Below, piece by piece: positions 28,473-41,163 of a stretch of DNA of 64,000 nucleotides. Under the pieces are notes generated by a model that saw only the letters and a program-made list of their open reading frames with translations, had not been told where the DNA came from and ran no database searches. The stretch spans positions 877,103 to 941,102 of the forward strand of contig RHPI01000026.1 in NCBI GenBank assembly GCA_009103225.1. The letters run 5' to 3'. How positions within the stretch are numbered: the stretch's first letter is position 1; every line of letters starts with the position of its first letter. This DNA is from Chlorokybus atmophyticus (Eukaryota; Plantae; Mesostigma and Chlorokybus algae). The position numbers and the translations under genes are program-made.

Positions 28473-28866
28473 CTTGTTACCTCAGTACTAAACCCTATCC
28501 GGTTCTCCAACATGCAGCATGATGTTGGGTGCTTGTTATGCATATTCTCTAACAGCTCGATAGGTGTTGTAAGGTTTGTATATATGGAACCCGCGATATG
28601 TTACAAACTTGTGAAATGCCAACTTTTAGAAAATGGCATGCTCCCCCTTTTTATATAAAACCTACACGATGTTGGCAGTGCCAATGGCATAATGTATTGA
28701 TGGAGGCTCACATGGCCACAAGGATTTATAGCTCTGCACACATTGTTTCTATATATGGTAAAGTGTTTTGGATGACTTTGTAAGAAAACATGAATCAAGC
28801 ATACGCGCGTCTGACAAGCATTACACAGCTTGAAAGCGCGATTATTTTCGTACATCCTACTCACAC

Positions 28867-29377
28867 AGTACGGGAAGGTGCATTAAGTAACCACAAATCA
28901 ACCATGAAAGCACCAAGTCTTTTATGGTCGAGTGGGCTGTGACATTGGTCATCGGAATTCGAGTCCCGGGTTCGGTTCCTGCCTTGCACACGAATTCCGC
29001 GGTCGTTGTTTCTCGATCCATTAACATCGTATATGGTCACTTCATAAGTGTCATCGATGGGTCGCGACTTGCTTATGGCAGTCGCTCCGGCATTCAGTCG
29101 GCGCGGCAGATCGCGACCTGCCTGTCGCGATGCGACCAGTGGGGCCGGCAGCCGCGCTATGCGCGCGTTGACCGGTATGGGCCTAAACTGGCCGGTCCTT
29201 GCCGTTGGGGCCGGTGACAGACCCTAACAAACCCCTGGGATGATTCCCCAGCTGAGCGTGGGCTGCTGAGGACGTCAGCGTTCTTGAGTTGGGGGGAATG
29301 TAACGGGAACGTACATTAAGTAACCACAAATCGACCATAAAAGCACCAAGTCTATTATGGTCGAGTGGGCTGTGACA
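28867..29377 (+). mobile_element. Miniature LTR retroelement (TRIM), family A
   Basis: Direct repeats 28867-28944 and 29299-29377 (TGTAAC...GTGACA). PBS-like TGGTCATCGGA at 28946, PPT GGGGGGAA at 29291-29298, flanks CACAC/CACAT (near-perfect 5-bp TSD), no coding capacity. Confidence 0.85.
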
Positions 29378-30782
29378 CACACATATCACAATCGAATGAT
29401 GATTGGAGCCTTCTACTCCTTCTGTAAGACCACGCTGTATACCTCTTCGTAATACAATGAGCGCACTGTTGCGTGTGCGTGCATGTGTCACCCTGCTGCA
29501 TCACCTCTAAATAGCACGTAGTGCATCTGGTGTGATTCGAAGTTGCTAAAGGCCTGGGTGTAATGATTAAACTTGCTTGTGGTGGCTATTCCTTGTGTGC
29601 TTACTGTGCATTGAGCATATATGTGTGACCTTAAATGCATATGATGTATAATGTATACCTTATGCATGTATGCATGCATGCGTGCATCAGCGCGTACGTA
29701 AGTGTATATAGCGTAGTAAACGCAACTTAAGACACACATCACATAAATGTGCATGCATTGATTCCTAAATCACCTCATATGACATATCTTACAATGGTTA
29801 TTTGAAATGGGCGATTGATGTCGTACATGCGCAAGCTGTTGCGCGCAGCATGTCATAACAACATCACAACCTGCAAAAGTACAAGTTATGCTGCACATTG
29901 CATCATTTACAATTGAATGGTATCATTGGAATGACGACCGCTTGACTTTATTTAATTCCATAGCAATGAAAAACAGCCAACATGCAATAGGCTGTTGCCA
30001 ACAGCCCCATGGCACAAGGTTGGCCTACTTTTTGCAACTCACGTGCAGCAATCGAGTGTATTGTAAAGACACGTACATTACAACCCATACTCACTTTTGC
30101 GAATTATTTTCCGTTTCAACCTGTTCAACCGCTATGATGACCATAAAATGCATTTAGATTATGGTTGAAACTACCTGTAATACCTTCATTGAATTACAAC
30201 CCAAGGCAATTGATAAAAATTTCGGGTTGTACGGTACGTGTCTCTAGTAGACACTGTCGGTAAGTGTGTCATGTTCACCTGCAGCACGACTCCTGCAGCC
30301 ACCACCTGGATTCCCTACAGTGGGCATCGCAAGGCCTCATTGTTGAAGATTAGTTGTTAACCAAATTGGCACAGCTCGCCCTCGTTACCATATAGCTTCC
30401 AACATCGGCAAAGTTTGTACGCATTGTGGCGGCAAAATCAATTCTTAAACCCCGTCCTGCCCGTCGTCGTCGTCGTCGTCCGCGGCGGCGGCGGCGGCAT
30501 GGGGCAGCCGTGTTGAAGGTTGAGGTTTACGGTGCACGTTAGCTGCGAGGAGGGTCTTGAAGTTGCTTTTGCGGCGATTAGAGGTGCAAGGAGGGAGCTT
30601 GTAGCTTTGTCTCGCTGCTGCTTGCTGCTGGCATGCGCAGCAGCAAGCCTACCAGCAAGCTTGCATGGAGGAGTTACGCGGGGGAGAGCTGAGCCGCTTA
30701 GGGCTTAAGGGATAGGAGCGTGTACAGGAAGCGAGTAAGCAAGCTTGACGCGGGGCAGGCGGAAGAATCAGTGTGGGTAGGC

Positions 30783-33700
30783 ATGGCTCGGAAGAAGCCG
30801 AAGGCGAAGAGGGCGCCCACAACGGCAAACAGTGCCCAGCATGATGAAAAGCGGACATTTCATAGCAACGGTGCCGCTGCGGTCAGCAGCAACGGACATG
30901 GCAAGGGCGCCAACAGCAATGGCAAGAACAGCAGTAGCAACAAGAAGCTCTCTCACCTGCTTGTCGAGCAGCTGTTCGGTCTAGGTGGCACCAGGGAAAA
31001 GCGTCCTCGTGCGGCAAAGGAAAAGCCGGTTTGTGCACGAGTTTGCTTGCAATGCAATGCGTGCGCTCGACAAGCTTGAGCATTGATGTTGTGGAGTGGT
31101 TAGACAACTGGCTTTCATGCCCACCAATGCCAGTGATAATGAAGTCGCATGGCATGCTGCATTGTAGGCATGACAAGGTTGTTGTGTCTCCGTTTTGCAC
31201 CAGGTTACCTACTACACTGGCAGTATGCTAGAAGAGGATGACGAGGACCCGTTCTCAGAACGCAGCAACAAGCGAGCCAGGAAGTCTCTTGGTAGGAAAA
31301 AGGCCAAGGAAAAGGCCGATGGCAGTGCTGCAGCTAGAGTCAAGGATGACGTTGAGCCACAACCCGAGATGCCCAAATCTCCAGAGCCTGAGGACAAGAA
31401 GAAAAGGAAGTCAGTCAGCAGGAAGGACAAGACAGATGCCAACGGCAATGCAAATGGTAAAGGCAAGCACGAAGTCAAGCATGAAGTCGCCGGTCATCCT
31501 GAGTTGTCACCATTTGTTAACCGCTTCCAAAAGGCTACCCTCAGATATGCCATTGCGGAGGTGCTGGGGCCAGCAGGTCCTGACGGGATGAAAAGCTCAG
31601 ATATTGTCAAGGCAGTGTTGAAGTCTTACCAACCGTTGACAAAAGCTCAGAACCCCGCTAGCTCCGTCACGTCTGACCTGACCCGCATCTTCGCGCGTAT
31701 CGGCCCTGCTACGTACACTCTCAAAGAGTTTGCTTCTGGAAGGGAGGTGCACGAGAGAGAGGGCTTTATTGTTGGGGACAAGTTCAACGGCGGTCCACCT
31801 GGTTCAGGTCGCCCAACACTTAAGGTAGTGTCCAAGTATTAGTCCCAAACGGAGCGTACACTCAGGCCCGATTGCGCTGCATTGTGGTCCACTTTTTGTA
31901 TGTCATCATGTTGCTGTGTGGACAGGGCAAAGGCCAGAAAAGTTCCGTCTGCCACCAGTGCTTCAGAAACGCGGGAAGCATGGATGAGGTTGTTCACTGC
32001 AGCACTTGTGAAAAGGCAAGAGGCTACTGCAAGAAGTGTTTGGAGAGATGGTAAGGTCATCGTGCCAGTGGCACAGCACAAATGCCAATGCCCACCATGA
32101 TGCACTCATTAATGCACACAAGTGCTTGCCTTACAGCTGCTCTGCAGGTATCCCAACCTGTCTACAGAGCAAGCTGCTGAAAAATGTCCGCGCTGTTTGC
32201 ACACATGCAACTGCAACCAATGCATCAGAGAGAAACCAGCATTGGAGGTATGCATCTCCCATCCTGACACACCTTGTCACTAACCATGCATGGTCAGGTC
32301 ACTCTACCCTAGTGTTGAGTAGTCGAGTTGTATTTGAAGCAGTTGCTCGTGATATGTACTGCAGGATCGCACCTCATACAGTCCAGAGCAAAAGGCTGCG
32401 ATGATGCGGCATTTGCTGCATGCAGTCCAGCCCGCCTTATCAACGACAGTGGAAGAGCAAGAGGCTGAAGAACAAGGTCAGTGACGTTTGCCAAATGCCG
32501 TTTCAGTGCGCCTCTCATCAGCATGTCAGACGACATGCATGCCCACCTCATTTTCCATGGCTCTTACTGCCTGTGTCATTCTTGATCAGCTGCACAGGAG
32601 GAAGAAGAAGTTGAGCCTGTCCCACAAGATGAGCGACTGTACTGGTATTGCACTTTCGTTTGCCTCGACGTCCTGCCTTGCTGTGCTGTCTGTGTTGTGC
32701 CATTCTGCTCGTGTTGTGCTGTGCGCTTGTACTCACGGATTATCGTTCTCCCATGAGCAATGTCTTTCTCCCCAATGGATATCTGACGGGCTACTCTCTG
32801 GCAGCAACAACTGCACAACGAGCATCTCAGATTTGCATCGAACATGCACCGAGTGTGGTTACGACTTGTGTCTGCCATGCTGCAATGAGCAACGACAAAG
32901 TGGCGACTCCATCGAGTGTGCTGAATGCCAACGCGAGGGCAGGGGGCAACGCACCTTGCGTCTGCGGCGCACCCTGGCAAAAAGCTTGCTACGAGAGTTG
33001 AAAAAGGCTGCATCTGACCCAGAATCATTGGGTGAACCCCCTTCTTTGTCTGCAAAGGTGATTGCTTGTGCAGTGGGTGTATGTCCAAACATGGTTTTTC
33101 TTGCTGCCTATCTCATCTGTTGATTCGTGACTGAACAGGAGTGCCCTTGGTGCAGCAAATTACAGAGCGACAGGTACGGTAGTAGCAGCTTGTCTTCCTG
33201 TTTATCCTCTCGTAGGATGTAGTCCTTCGAAGCGTGTGCATCATGGAGCTATTAGTGGAAAGGTACATGGGCAGAACTGACATCTGTCGCATCGGCGTGT
33301 CAGTCAATCAGCACGCGTTGAGCGCCCTCGAAATCGGTGGGTCGAGGAAGTTTACAAGTCCATTGGCCCCGATGCTGCTCAGGTTATGCTCATCGCCTCG
33401 TTGCAGATGGCAATCAACCAGCCCAAAGCCAGTCACTAAATCATGTTGGTTTTCTGTAGAAGCACGCCCTGTTTCGCCCGCACATCAGTGAGCTTCAAGC
33501 AGACGACGGTCAGTGCATGCAGCATGTTGGTACGGTAGCCTCACAGCGATCCTCTCTGGCCTCTGACATCTTCCCGCTACAGGTGACACATTGCTGCACT
33601 TCCAGTGGCATTGGAGCAAAGGCGAGCCGGTGGTTGTGCAGGGCTTGCTAGACAACCGCTCTGCGAGCGCACTGAGCTGGGACCCTCAAGTATGTCGTCT

Positions 33701-36016
33701 CTCACAACGGTGCAAACTTGAGGCTCACCATTGCCCTCTGCATTATGACACGTTTGTCGTCAACAGGTTATGGCGCGCGCCATTTATCACTATAAAGGTG
33801 ACACTGACTCGAAGACGATAACATCAATTGACTGCCACGACCTGTGCGAGGTGAGCTTTCTGGGCGTATGATATAACTGTAGCCTGGCACGCATGCATGT
33901 GTGGATGGTGTTATAGCCCTCGTGTTGATTGAGTTGAAACCGTGCTGGCAGGTGGACATGGGTGTGCATATGTTTTTCAATGGTTACAAGCATGGATGGT
34001 GGTCAGGCAATGGCAAAAAGAATGAGAAACAAAAGCGCAAGTACTTCAAGCTGAAGGACTGGCCTCCAAAGGTCAGCTGACCCATTACTGATTGGGTTAC
34101 TCGACGGACTCCAAAACTAGCATTCATCAAACTTTGCTTTCATCTGTAACACAAATGGGTCACAGCAGCTATGCTGAAGGTTCAATTGGCAGGCTTTGTT
34201 TGATGAAAGACTACCACGCCATTTTGCGGACTTTGTGCGAATGCTGCCTTACCAGGAATACACAAACCCCATAGACGGCATCTTCAATCTAGCAACCTAC
34301 CTGCCGGAGGTAATTGCCATGTTTGCTGCATATGGGATTGCGCTGCTTTTGCAACTGCTCAACCAGACAAGCTTCAACTGTCTGCAGTTTGCTCCCTGAG
34401 TGACGTTAACCTGTTGTGAGGCATTGCAACGCTTCAATACATCATACGCACAACAACTGTTGTGCTACCACGGCAGAGTTCCAGGAATAACCTCTGCTGC
34501 TAATGCTTTCGTCCTGCTGCTGCAGGAGTCTGTACGACCTGACTTGGGTCCAAAGTCTTATGTTGCGTATGGCTGTGAACAAGAGTTTGATACTGGCAAC
34601 TCTGCAACCAAGCTGCATTGTGACATGTCCGATGCGGTATGAGACATGAGCAGCTAAGCGCTCAACTTACATGGGTGCTTGCTGTCTGATGTACTCGATA
34701 GAAACCAGCATCCTGATGTCAGGTGTTGTGCAGGTCAATGTTGTCATGCACAGCTGCGACCCTTACGGTGTGTATGACAAGACCAATGAAGCATACCAGC
34801 AGAAGAAAGCAGGTGCCAAGAAAACCCAAGGCAACAAGGGCACAAAGCACAAAAAGGGTGATGAAGATGCCGATGAGAGCCGACCGGCTGTGGACTCTGC
34901 TGGCAAGTCCCGAGGCGACAAGGGCAAAAAGATTAGGAAGGGTGTTGAAGAACTCGATGAGAGCAGACAGGATGCACCTGCTGCGGACTCTGCAGAGCCG
35001 GCGGCAGAAGACAACAGTGAGCCACAGGCCGAACCAGACACGGGTGCCGCTGTGTGGGACATCTTTAAACGAGAGGATGTGGAGAACCTGAAAAAATACT
35101 TGGTTGAGAACAAGCACCGCTTTACGCATTTAAGCAACCAGCCTATTGAGGAGGTGGGTTGACGCATCATGCATGCTTGCGATGTTGCTGTGTGGCGTCA
35201 TGTCAATTGAACCTGTCGTTCAGCTTCAGTGATGTTAAATTGCTTCTTGCCCACTTGCAGGTGGTGCACCCAATACACGATCAGACCTTTTTTCTGACAG
35301 TCAACCATTTGAAAGAGCTGCAGGAGCAGTACAGTACGTGGCTTTCATTGCTGGCTGTGTGCACTTTGCAGGCGTATGTTCTTGGAGACCATCTGCTCCA
35401 TCTCCTACAGCTTTGTGCTACAGTGTGTAACATGCTCAAATTACAGATGTTGTTCCCTGGCGCTTCATTCAGTATGATGGGGAAGCTGTCTTTATACCTG
35501 CGGGATGTCCACACCAAGTGCGCAACCTGAAGGTATGTTGACTGGTACACGTCAACCACAACAACTGTGTTGCACGGCCTTGTGTGGCGGTTCAGCTTTG
35601 CAGCACATGGTGCTAACTCGCTTGGTCATGTGCTTGTTGTATACGACTGTGTAACTGCGATTGACCATTGCGCAGTCTTGCATCAAGGTGGCCATGGACT
35701 TTGTTTCCCCAGAAAGCGTGAGCGAGTGCATAAAGTTGACAGCTGAGTTCCGCAAACTCCCTCATGACCACCGCGCTAAAGAGGACAAGCTGCAGGTCTG
35801 TATATGGTTTTGGTATGGTGTTTGTCTTGCTTTACATGTAGCTGCTTATTGTTTGGAGCAGTGCAACGACGGATTTGGCACATATTCATCAATGTTAGTG
35901 TGTGCTCAGTTTGAACTCTTTGAACTCTTTCACATGGAGTTATGTTGCTACAGGTGAAGTTGATGGTGCTGCACGCAGCAGACCAAGCAGTGAAGGAGCT
36001 GCAGTCTTGCGTGTAA
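30783..36016 (+). CDS. KDM3/JMJ25-type JmjC histone demethylase with HARE-HTH-like domain and Cys-rich zinc fingers, many exons
   Basis: [134 protein letters not shown]; HxD...H triad intact. Confidence 0.95.
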
Positions 36017-37452
36017 CCGCGCTTGATTGCATAAGTTTGTGCCATCTTTTTGGTTTTGGTTCTTCGTCTACTCCACCCATCTATTGGCACTTCTAGTGTT
36101 TCCTGACAAGGGTTATCTTATAAGGGTTTCCGCGCTTCTGTACAGATTTTCTCTGTTACATGTCGCATGCTCAAGCCTGACCGTAAACCTAGCCATGGTG
36201 CTGAGCAAATTAGCCATGATGCATTACAAGAGCATTCTAAAAGTTGGCTGGGCTGTCTAGTCTCATATTCCATGCGCATTGGCATCAGCAACGCGGGTGT
36301 GGAGCATATTGCTCTATGCTTTTAAACGCTCTGAGTAAACGGGAGTGACATTGCTGGTGCTGGTATACATGTGGACGTGTAACGACGGTATCAATTTTTT
36401 CACACGCTCTGAGGTGCACATTCAGTCCAGAGTGCTCTGACTCATGCCCATTTGACCTGGGACGAGACTGATCTGGTGCCTTAGAGCCTGGCCACGACTA
36501 ATGCCTACTACTTGATACGATCACCACATGTGGCGCTCAGGCCGGGGAGGGGGGCACGTGTAGTGGAGCTGATCAATCGCCACAAGTATAGCAATCACTC
36601 ACAAGAAGACTAGTTCCCCTTGGCGGCCGAGACCTTTGAACGTCCAAGTGCCCCCGTCCATGAGTTGACCATCGATTGTGCGCGCCGTGTTCCAGGCAAG
36701 GGTGTGCCTGTTAGCTGAATATCCGGCTTCATGTTTATGAATAAGCAGCAAAGAGTCTTGTGCGTTGCAGCGTGCTTAGGAGGTGGCGCTATTGGAAGGG
36801 GCAACCACGGCCGTGTGCGCAGCCCCAAGCTGGCCAGCACCACGGCCTGCCCATACAGCTACTGCATCAGATGTTGCTCTTCGCCTCAACTATGTGCTGG
36901 TGCGCAGAGGTTGGTAATCTGAGATTGGAGTGGTTTGTGCTGGCATGTGGGTACTATTTGTGTAGGTGGCGTATGCTGTGGTTCCCTTGTGTTTGATGCT
37001 GTGGTTTTTTTACTGTTGGATACCACGATGGTCTTCCAATGATAATGGAGTTGTGATGGTACGCTGGATAATGCCAAAGCCAAGAAGTTAACCAATGGGA
37101 GGGATTTGTATGTATGGACAAGCATTCATTGGCGCTCCGTAGGCATTGCCACATGATGAGCAAAAATATTCCCATGAAAGGTGAAGTTAACATGCATTGG
37201 ATCATTGAGAATTGTGTTTCAAATGTGATGTTGATGGTAGACCTGGGATACGTGTTGAGGACCGTGTTACAAAGCCCATAAACATCAAGGAAGCTTAAGG
37301 GCTATAATACTTGAATGGATGGCGTGACGGCATCATTGCAAAACTTGTTCGAAGATATTGCCGTACGAGTCATATACATTGTCATTTGCGGTAGCCTTAT
37401 CATGCCAACTAAGACCGTTCGCGACCACGTTGTGTCGCACGATTGACGTGTA

Positions 37453-37963
37453 TGTCATGAATTAGGATACATTGTGACAGACCACACTCATGGTAGTGTC
37501 TTTTACTACCATAGCCTAGTGGTCGGGCCCCAATTGTAATAATGGTAACGGAGCTTGACGTCTCAGGTTCCATTCCCGTAGGGGACTGAGGCAGATCCAA
37601 GGTAAAAACAAATCATTTGGGGCGGCTTGCCCTAGGCTGGGCGCGGGATCATGACCTGCGCGCCGAGCCAGTTCAACCTAAGGCCGCGTGAGCGGTCGCG
37701 CTGCGATGGCAGGTCGCGCGGTGAGGATGGCCGTTTGGTCGGTCAGGTGCGTTCATGGGCCGGATCCAACAGGCCACGGGCAGACCGATCGTGGTACGGC
37801 CGCGAACACGGCGATGTGGGCTAGTGCCTCATTGGATTATGAGGAACTCACGTGTTAAATTGGGGAGGAATGTCATGAATTGGGATAGATTGTGACACAC
37901 AGACCTCACTCATGGTAGTGTCTTTTACTACCATAGCCTAGTGGTCGGGCCGCAATTGTTATA
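37453..37963 (+). mobile_element. Miniature LTR retroelement (TRIM), family B
   Basis: LTRs 37453-37541 and 37871-37963 starting TGTCATGA. PBS TGGTAACGGAGC at 37543-37554, PPT GGGGAGGAA at 37862-37870, perfect 5-bp TSD GTGTA (37448-37452 / 37964-37968). Confidence 0.9.
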
Positions 37964-39105
37964 GTGTATTAGCGATTGATTGGGAAAATAGAGAAGCACA
38001 ATTGTGCAATGCTCCGTCTCATATCAAGCCATGCATCAGACGCTCCGCGTCAGCTTCAACTTGGTCGCTTGTTGTTGTTGTCTATCCATCCTGCCTTGCC
38101 CGTGTTGCATTGCGCATGGGAGCACACAGCATAGCACTGCAATAATTGTGTGGTGGAGATCTTGGGCGTAATAAGTTGTAAATGCATGCCTTGTCTTGTG
38201 TAATGCTTAAGAGTGCAAAGTGGTGCGATGGAAAAGTGCAAGATGTAAAGGCAGCAGTGCACGCGTACCAATCACAAGAGCAGTTGACAAGACAAGACAC
38301 GACAAATTAAAGGGATCCAGAGCAGCGCTCAACAACAACCAGCTAGCTAGACCTATACAAGCAGGGAGGGCAGTACAGGGCAAGGCAGGATGCTGTTATT
38401 GTTGCACAACCGGCGTGCATGCATGGTGTGATTATGACTTGTACCCTAGGCGAGATGAATTAGCTTTCTGCTGCTTATTGGCAATATGTGGCAACACAAT
38501 TTGATGTTGACTTTCAACGGATACCATGATGATGAATTGGTCATAGCAAGCGACATATTGCTACAACAAGTTTACAAGCGATGTGCAATGTGTAAGCCCT
38601 AGACTAGTGGAGTAAGAATGTGACAATGATTATGGGTGTATATCATAGCGGTACGCTAGAGTGTCGGCGAATACTATTGACATTGTCTATGTTGAATTGT
38701 TTAAGCTGAGCTTATAATGTTGCTTGGGTTGGGCAATATGTTGCGACAGTGAAGTGTGGAGATGTCATTCCTGCCAGGAGTTGTTTAGGATTTTCCAAGT
38801 TTACTACGTGTAATGTGTCGTGCGAAACTTTATGTATGCAACTACCATGGCAACTGTGCAGGCAAACATCAGTAATAGCTATGAAGCGGACACCGCAAAT
38901 CCCCTGACAGTGCTAACTGCATGTCGCTCTATCAACCACACCATTGCTTAGTGGACAGATGTGCACGGCACATGAGTTTGCCAGCAGTCTGCAAAAAGGG
39001 CTGTGACAGCACGCCCCACTCTATACATCTGAAAACCATACCACCTTACATAATCTACACAATCAGTAATTGAATCACTGTGTCGCAGCAATCAGCCCTA
39101 TCAGT

Positions 39106-40422
39106 TCACGAGCAGCAGCCTGCCTTATTCTTCGCTGCCGGCGCTGGCGCGTTTAGCGTCAACCCAGTGCGTGACGGTACTGGCGGCGAAGCTGTTGGCA
39201 GCTTTCTTGCAATTTCATGGAAGAGCTCTGTCACATTTGTGCCTGCTCGTGCAGACGTCTCCAAGAAATGCAATGAGTTCTCCTCTGCATAAGCTTGGCC
39301 TTCCTGCAAAAAGCAAGCAACATGTGATGCAGAAGCAGCAGCATGTGACGTTCACCCACATACTGTGCTGCTGAGACAGGGAAGCTGCACGAAAGCTTGT
39401 TCATACATTACACAGCCCAAGGTAGTTGCAGTAGAACATACCTCAGTTGAGACTTTTCGATCCGATGTGAGATCGGCCTTGTTGCCAGCAACAGCCATCA
39501 CCAAAGTTGGGTTGCCTGCAGTGCGGCAGTCACCACACATGTCATTCCAGCATCAATTATCAGTTGTGCCGACCAACATCCTAACTTGGGCTGAGGTTGT
39601 ACCTTGCCTTTGCAACTCACGAACCCAGTTCTTTGCGCGAGTGAATGAGTCCTGGAAGAGCAGCACGTCAATTGCTTCACACTCAGCCGAACCCATTCCA
39701 CCAATCCACACACTTGCCAAACATGTCCTACCTGGCTGGTAATGTCATATACAATGATGGCCGCTGCGGCGCCGCGATAGTACATAGGGGCAAGACTGTG
39801 GTACCGCTCCTGGCCGGCTGTGTCCCAAATCTCAAACTTGACAGTGGTGCCATCAACATTCACAGTTTGCGTCATGAAAGCAGCACCAATTGTGGATTCC
39901 TGAAGGCATACACGTTTGCGTATAAGAGATAACATAGCAAACAGCATCATCGACAATCAACAAGTCTATAACAGCGCACGTGCGGGCTGTGAGTACTCTC
40001 ACCTGATGTTCCAGAAACTGGTTTTTCACAAATCTCAGGGCAAGGCTAGACTTGCCTGCGCCCATGTCTCCCAGAAGCACCTAACAGACGTACACGGTAT
40101 AGGTGTTAGTGGTTGGGCTTCTACCAAAAGATTGACGTTTGAGGTATGTACAAGAGATCATAGCAACAAACATCTTGCAAAGCCATGCTGCTTCACGTAA
40201 GTAAGACGCAATTCAAAATGAAAATTATAGTCGTAGAGTTGTAGAGAAACCAACAGGAATAGAAAGGCCGCAACTTAGCAGGTAATCGACGTTCGAGTAA
40301 GGGGGTTATTCAACTGAACTAATTATTCACACACTTAAACAATAGTGAGCTGAGCTAAGCTGAGTTAAGCTCTCACGTACCAGCTTTGCCTGAAGCTGAT
40401 TGGGCTGCGAGGACGCCGCCAT
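39106..40422 (-). CDS. RAB5: Rab5 (RabF2-type) small GTPase
   Basis: [14 protein letters not shown]|[48 protein letters not shown] and C-terminal CCS prenylation motif. Confidence 0.96.
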
Positions 40423-40855
40423 GGCTGGCAAGCGCCTCTCCACTCAAAGATCAGCCCGCAAAAGCAGCGTTAACTCACGCTTTCGTACAAAACGCCGTCA
40501 AACCCAACCAAGTGCTGTGCGGAGGTCTCCGGAAGCTCCAACCCCAAATCCCCTTTCGCCGCGGCAACACCCCTCCCAGATGGTAGCCCACTTCACGAGC
40601 GGCTCTGTGATCCGCCCTCGCAGCAATCTCCCCTTCCTGTGCTAGTAAGCGCCCAATACCACAACGGCGATGCCCCAACGCCTGACCTAAACCCTCTCCA
40701 CCGTCGCCGCCGCCTCCGCCGAGCCTGTGTTGAGCGACAAGCAGGCGCAGGGTAGGGTTTCTTCCAAACACATGCACGTACGGACGCACACCACGCAGCG
40801 TCATGTGCGCTGCACACGTGGCCAGCTACGCGGGCCAACTTACTATTGCATGATG

Positions 40856-41146
40856 CCGAAGCATAGATTTGCCTCACAGGCGCCTGTTTCTCAAACCGCA
40901 ATCGCAAGATGTGATTCACGTCACATCATGTGATGCGCCCTATGTAACCAAAGTCAACACCAGTGCTTCCAAAATGGAAGTTGCTATCAGTGGCTGCCAA
41001 AGCATAGATTTGCCTCACAGGCGCCTGTTTCTCAAACCGCAAGCGCAAGCTGTGATTCACGTCATGTCATGTGATGCGCCCTATGTAACCAAAGTCGACA
41101 CCAGTGCTTGCAAAAGGAAGTTGGAAGTTGCTATCAGTGGCTGGCA
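40856..41146. repeat. Tandem duplication, 141-bp period, 2 copies
   Basis: AAGCATAGATTTGCCTCACAGGCGCC...GTTGCTATCAGTGGCTG repeats at 40859 and 41000 with few mismatches. Confidence 0.9.
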
Positions 41147-41163
41147 ACGCAAAAACTTTCGAT

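Noticed and set aside
29266-29272. CTGAGGA resembling a hammerhead CUGANGA core (retrozyme hypothesis)
   Set aside because: No GAAA after a stem II, and the homologous copy reads CCGAGGA, so it is not conserved
36600-36900. Possible retroelement RNase H or other fragment
   Set aside because: Only a vague SDA-like match; no ordered motifs could be assembled in any frame
37505-37582. Standalone tRNA gene at the family B 5' junction
   Set aside because: No acceptor stem or anticodon arm can be formed; only D-arm and T-arm-like halves are present
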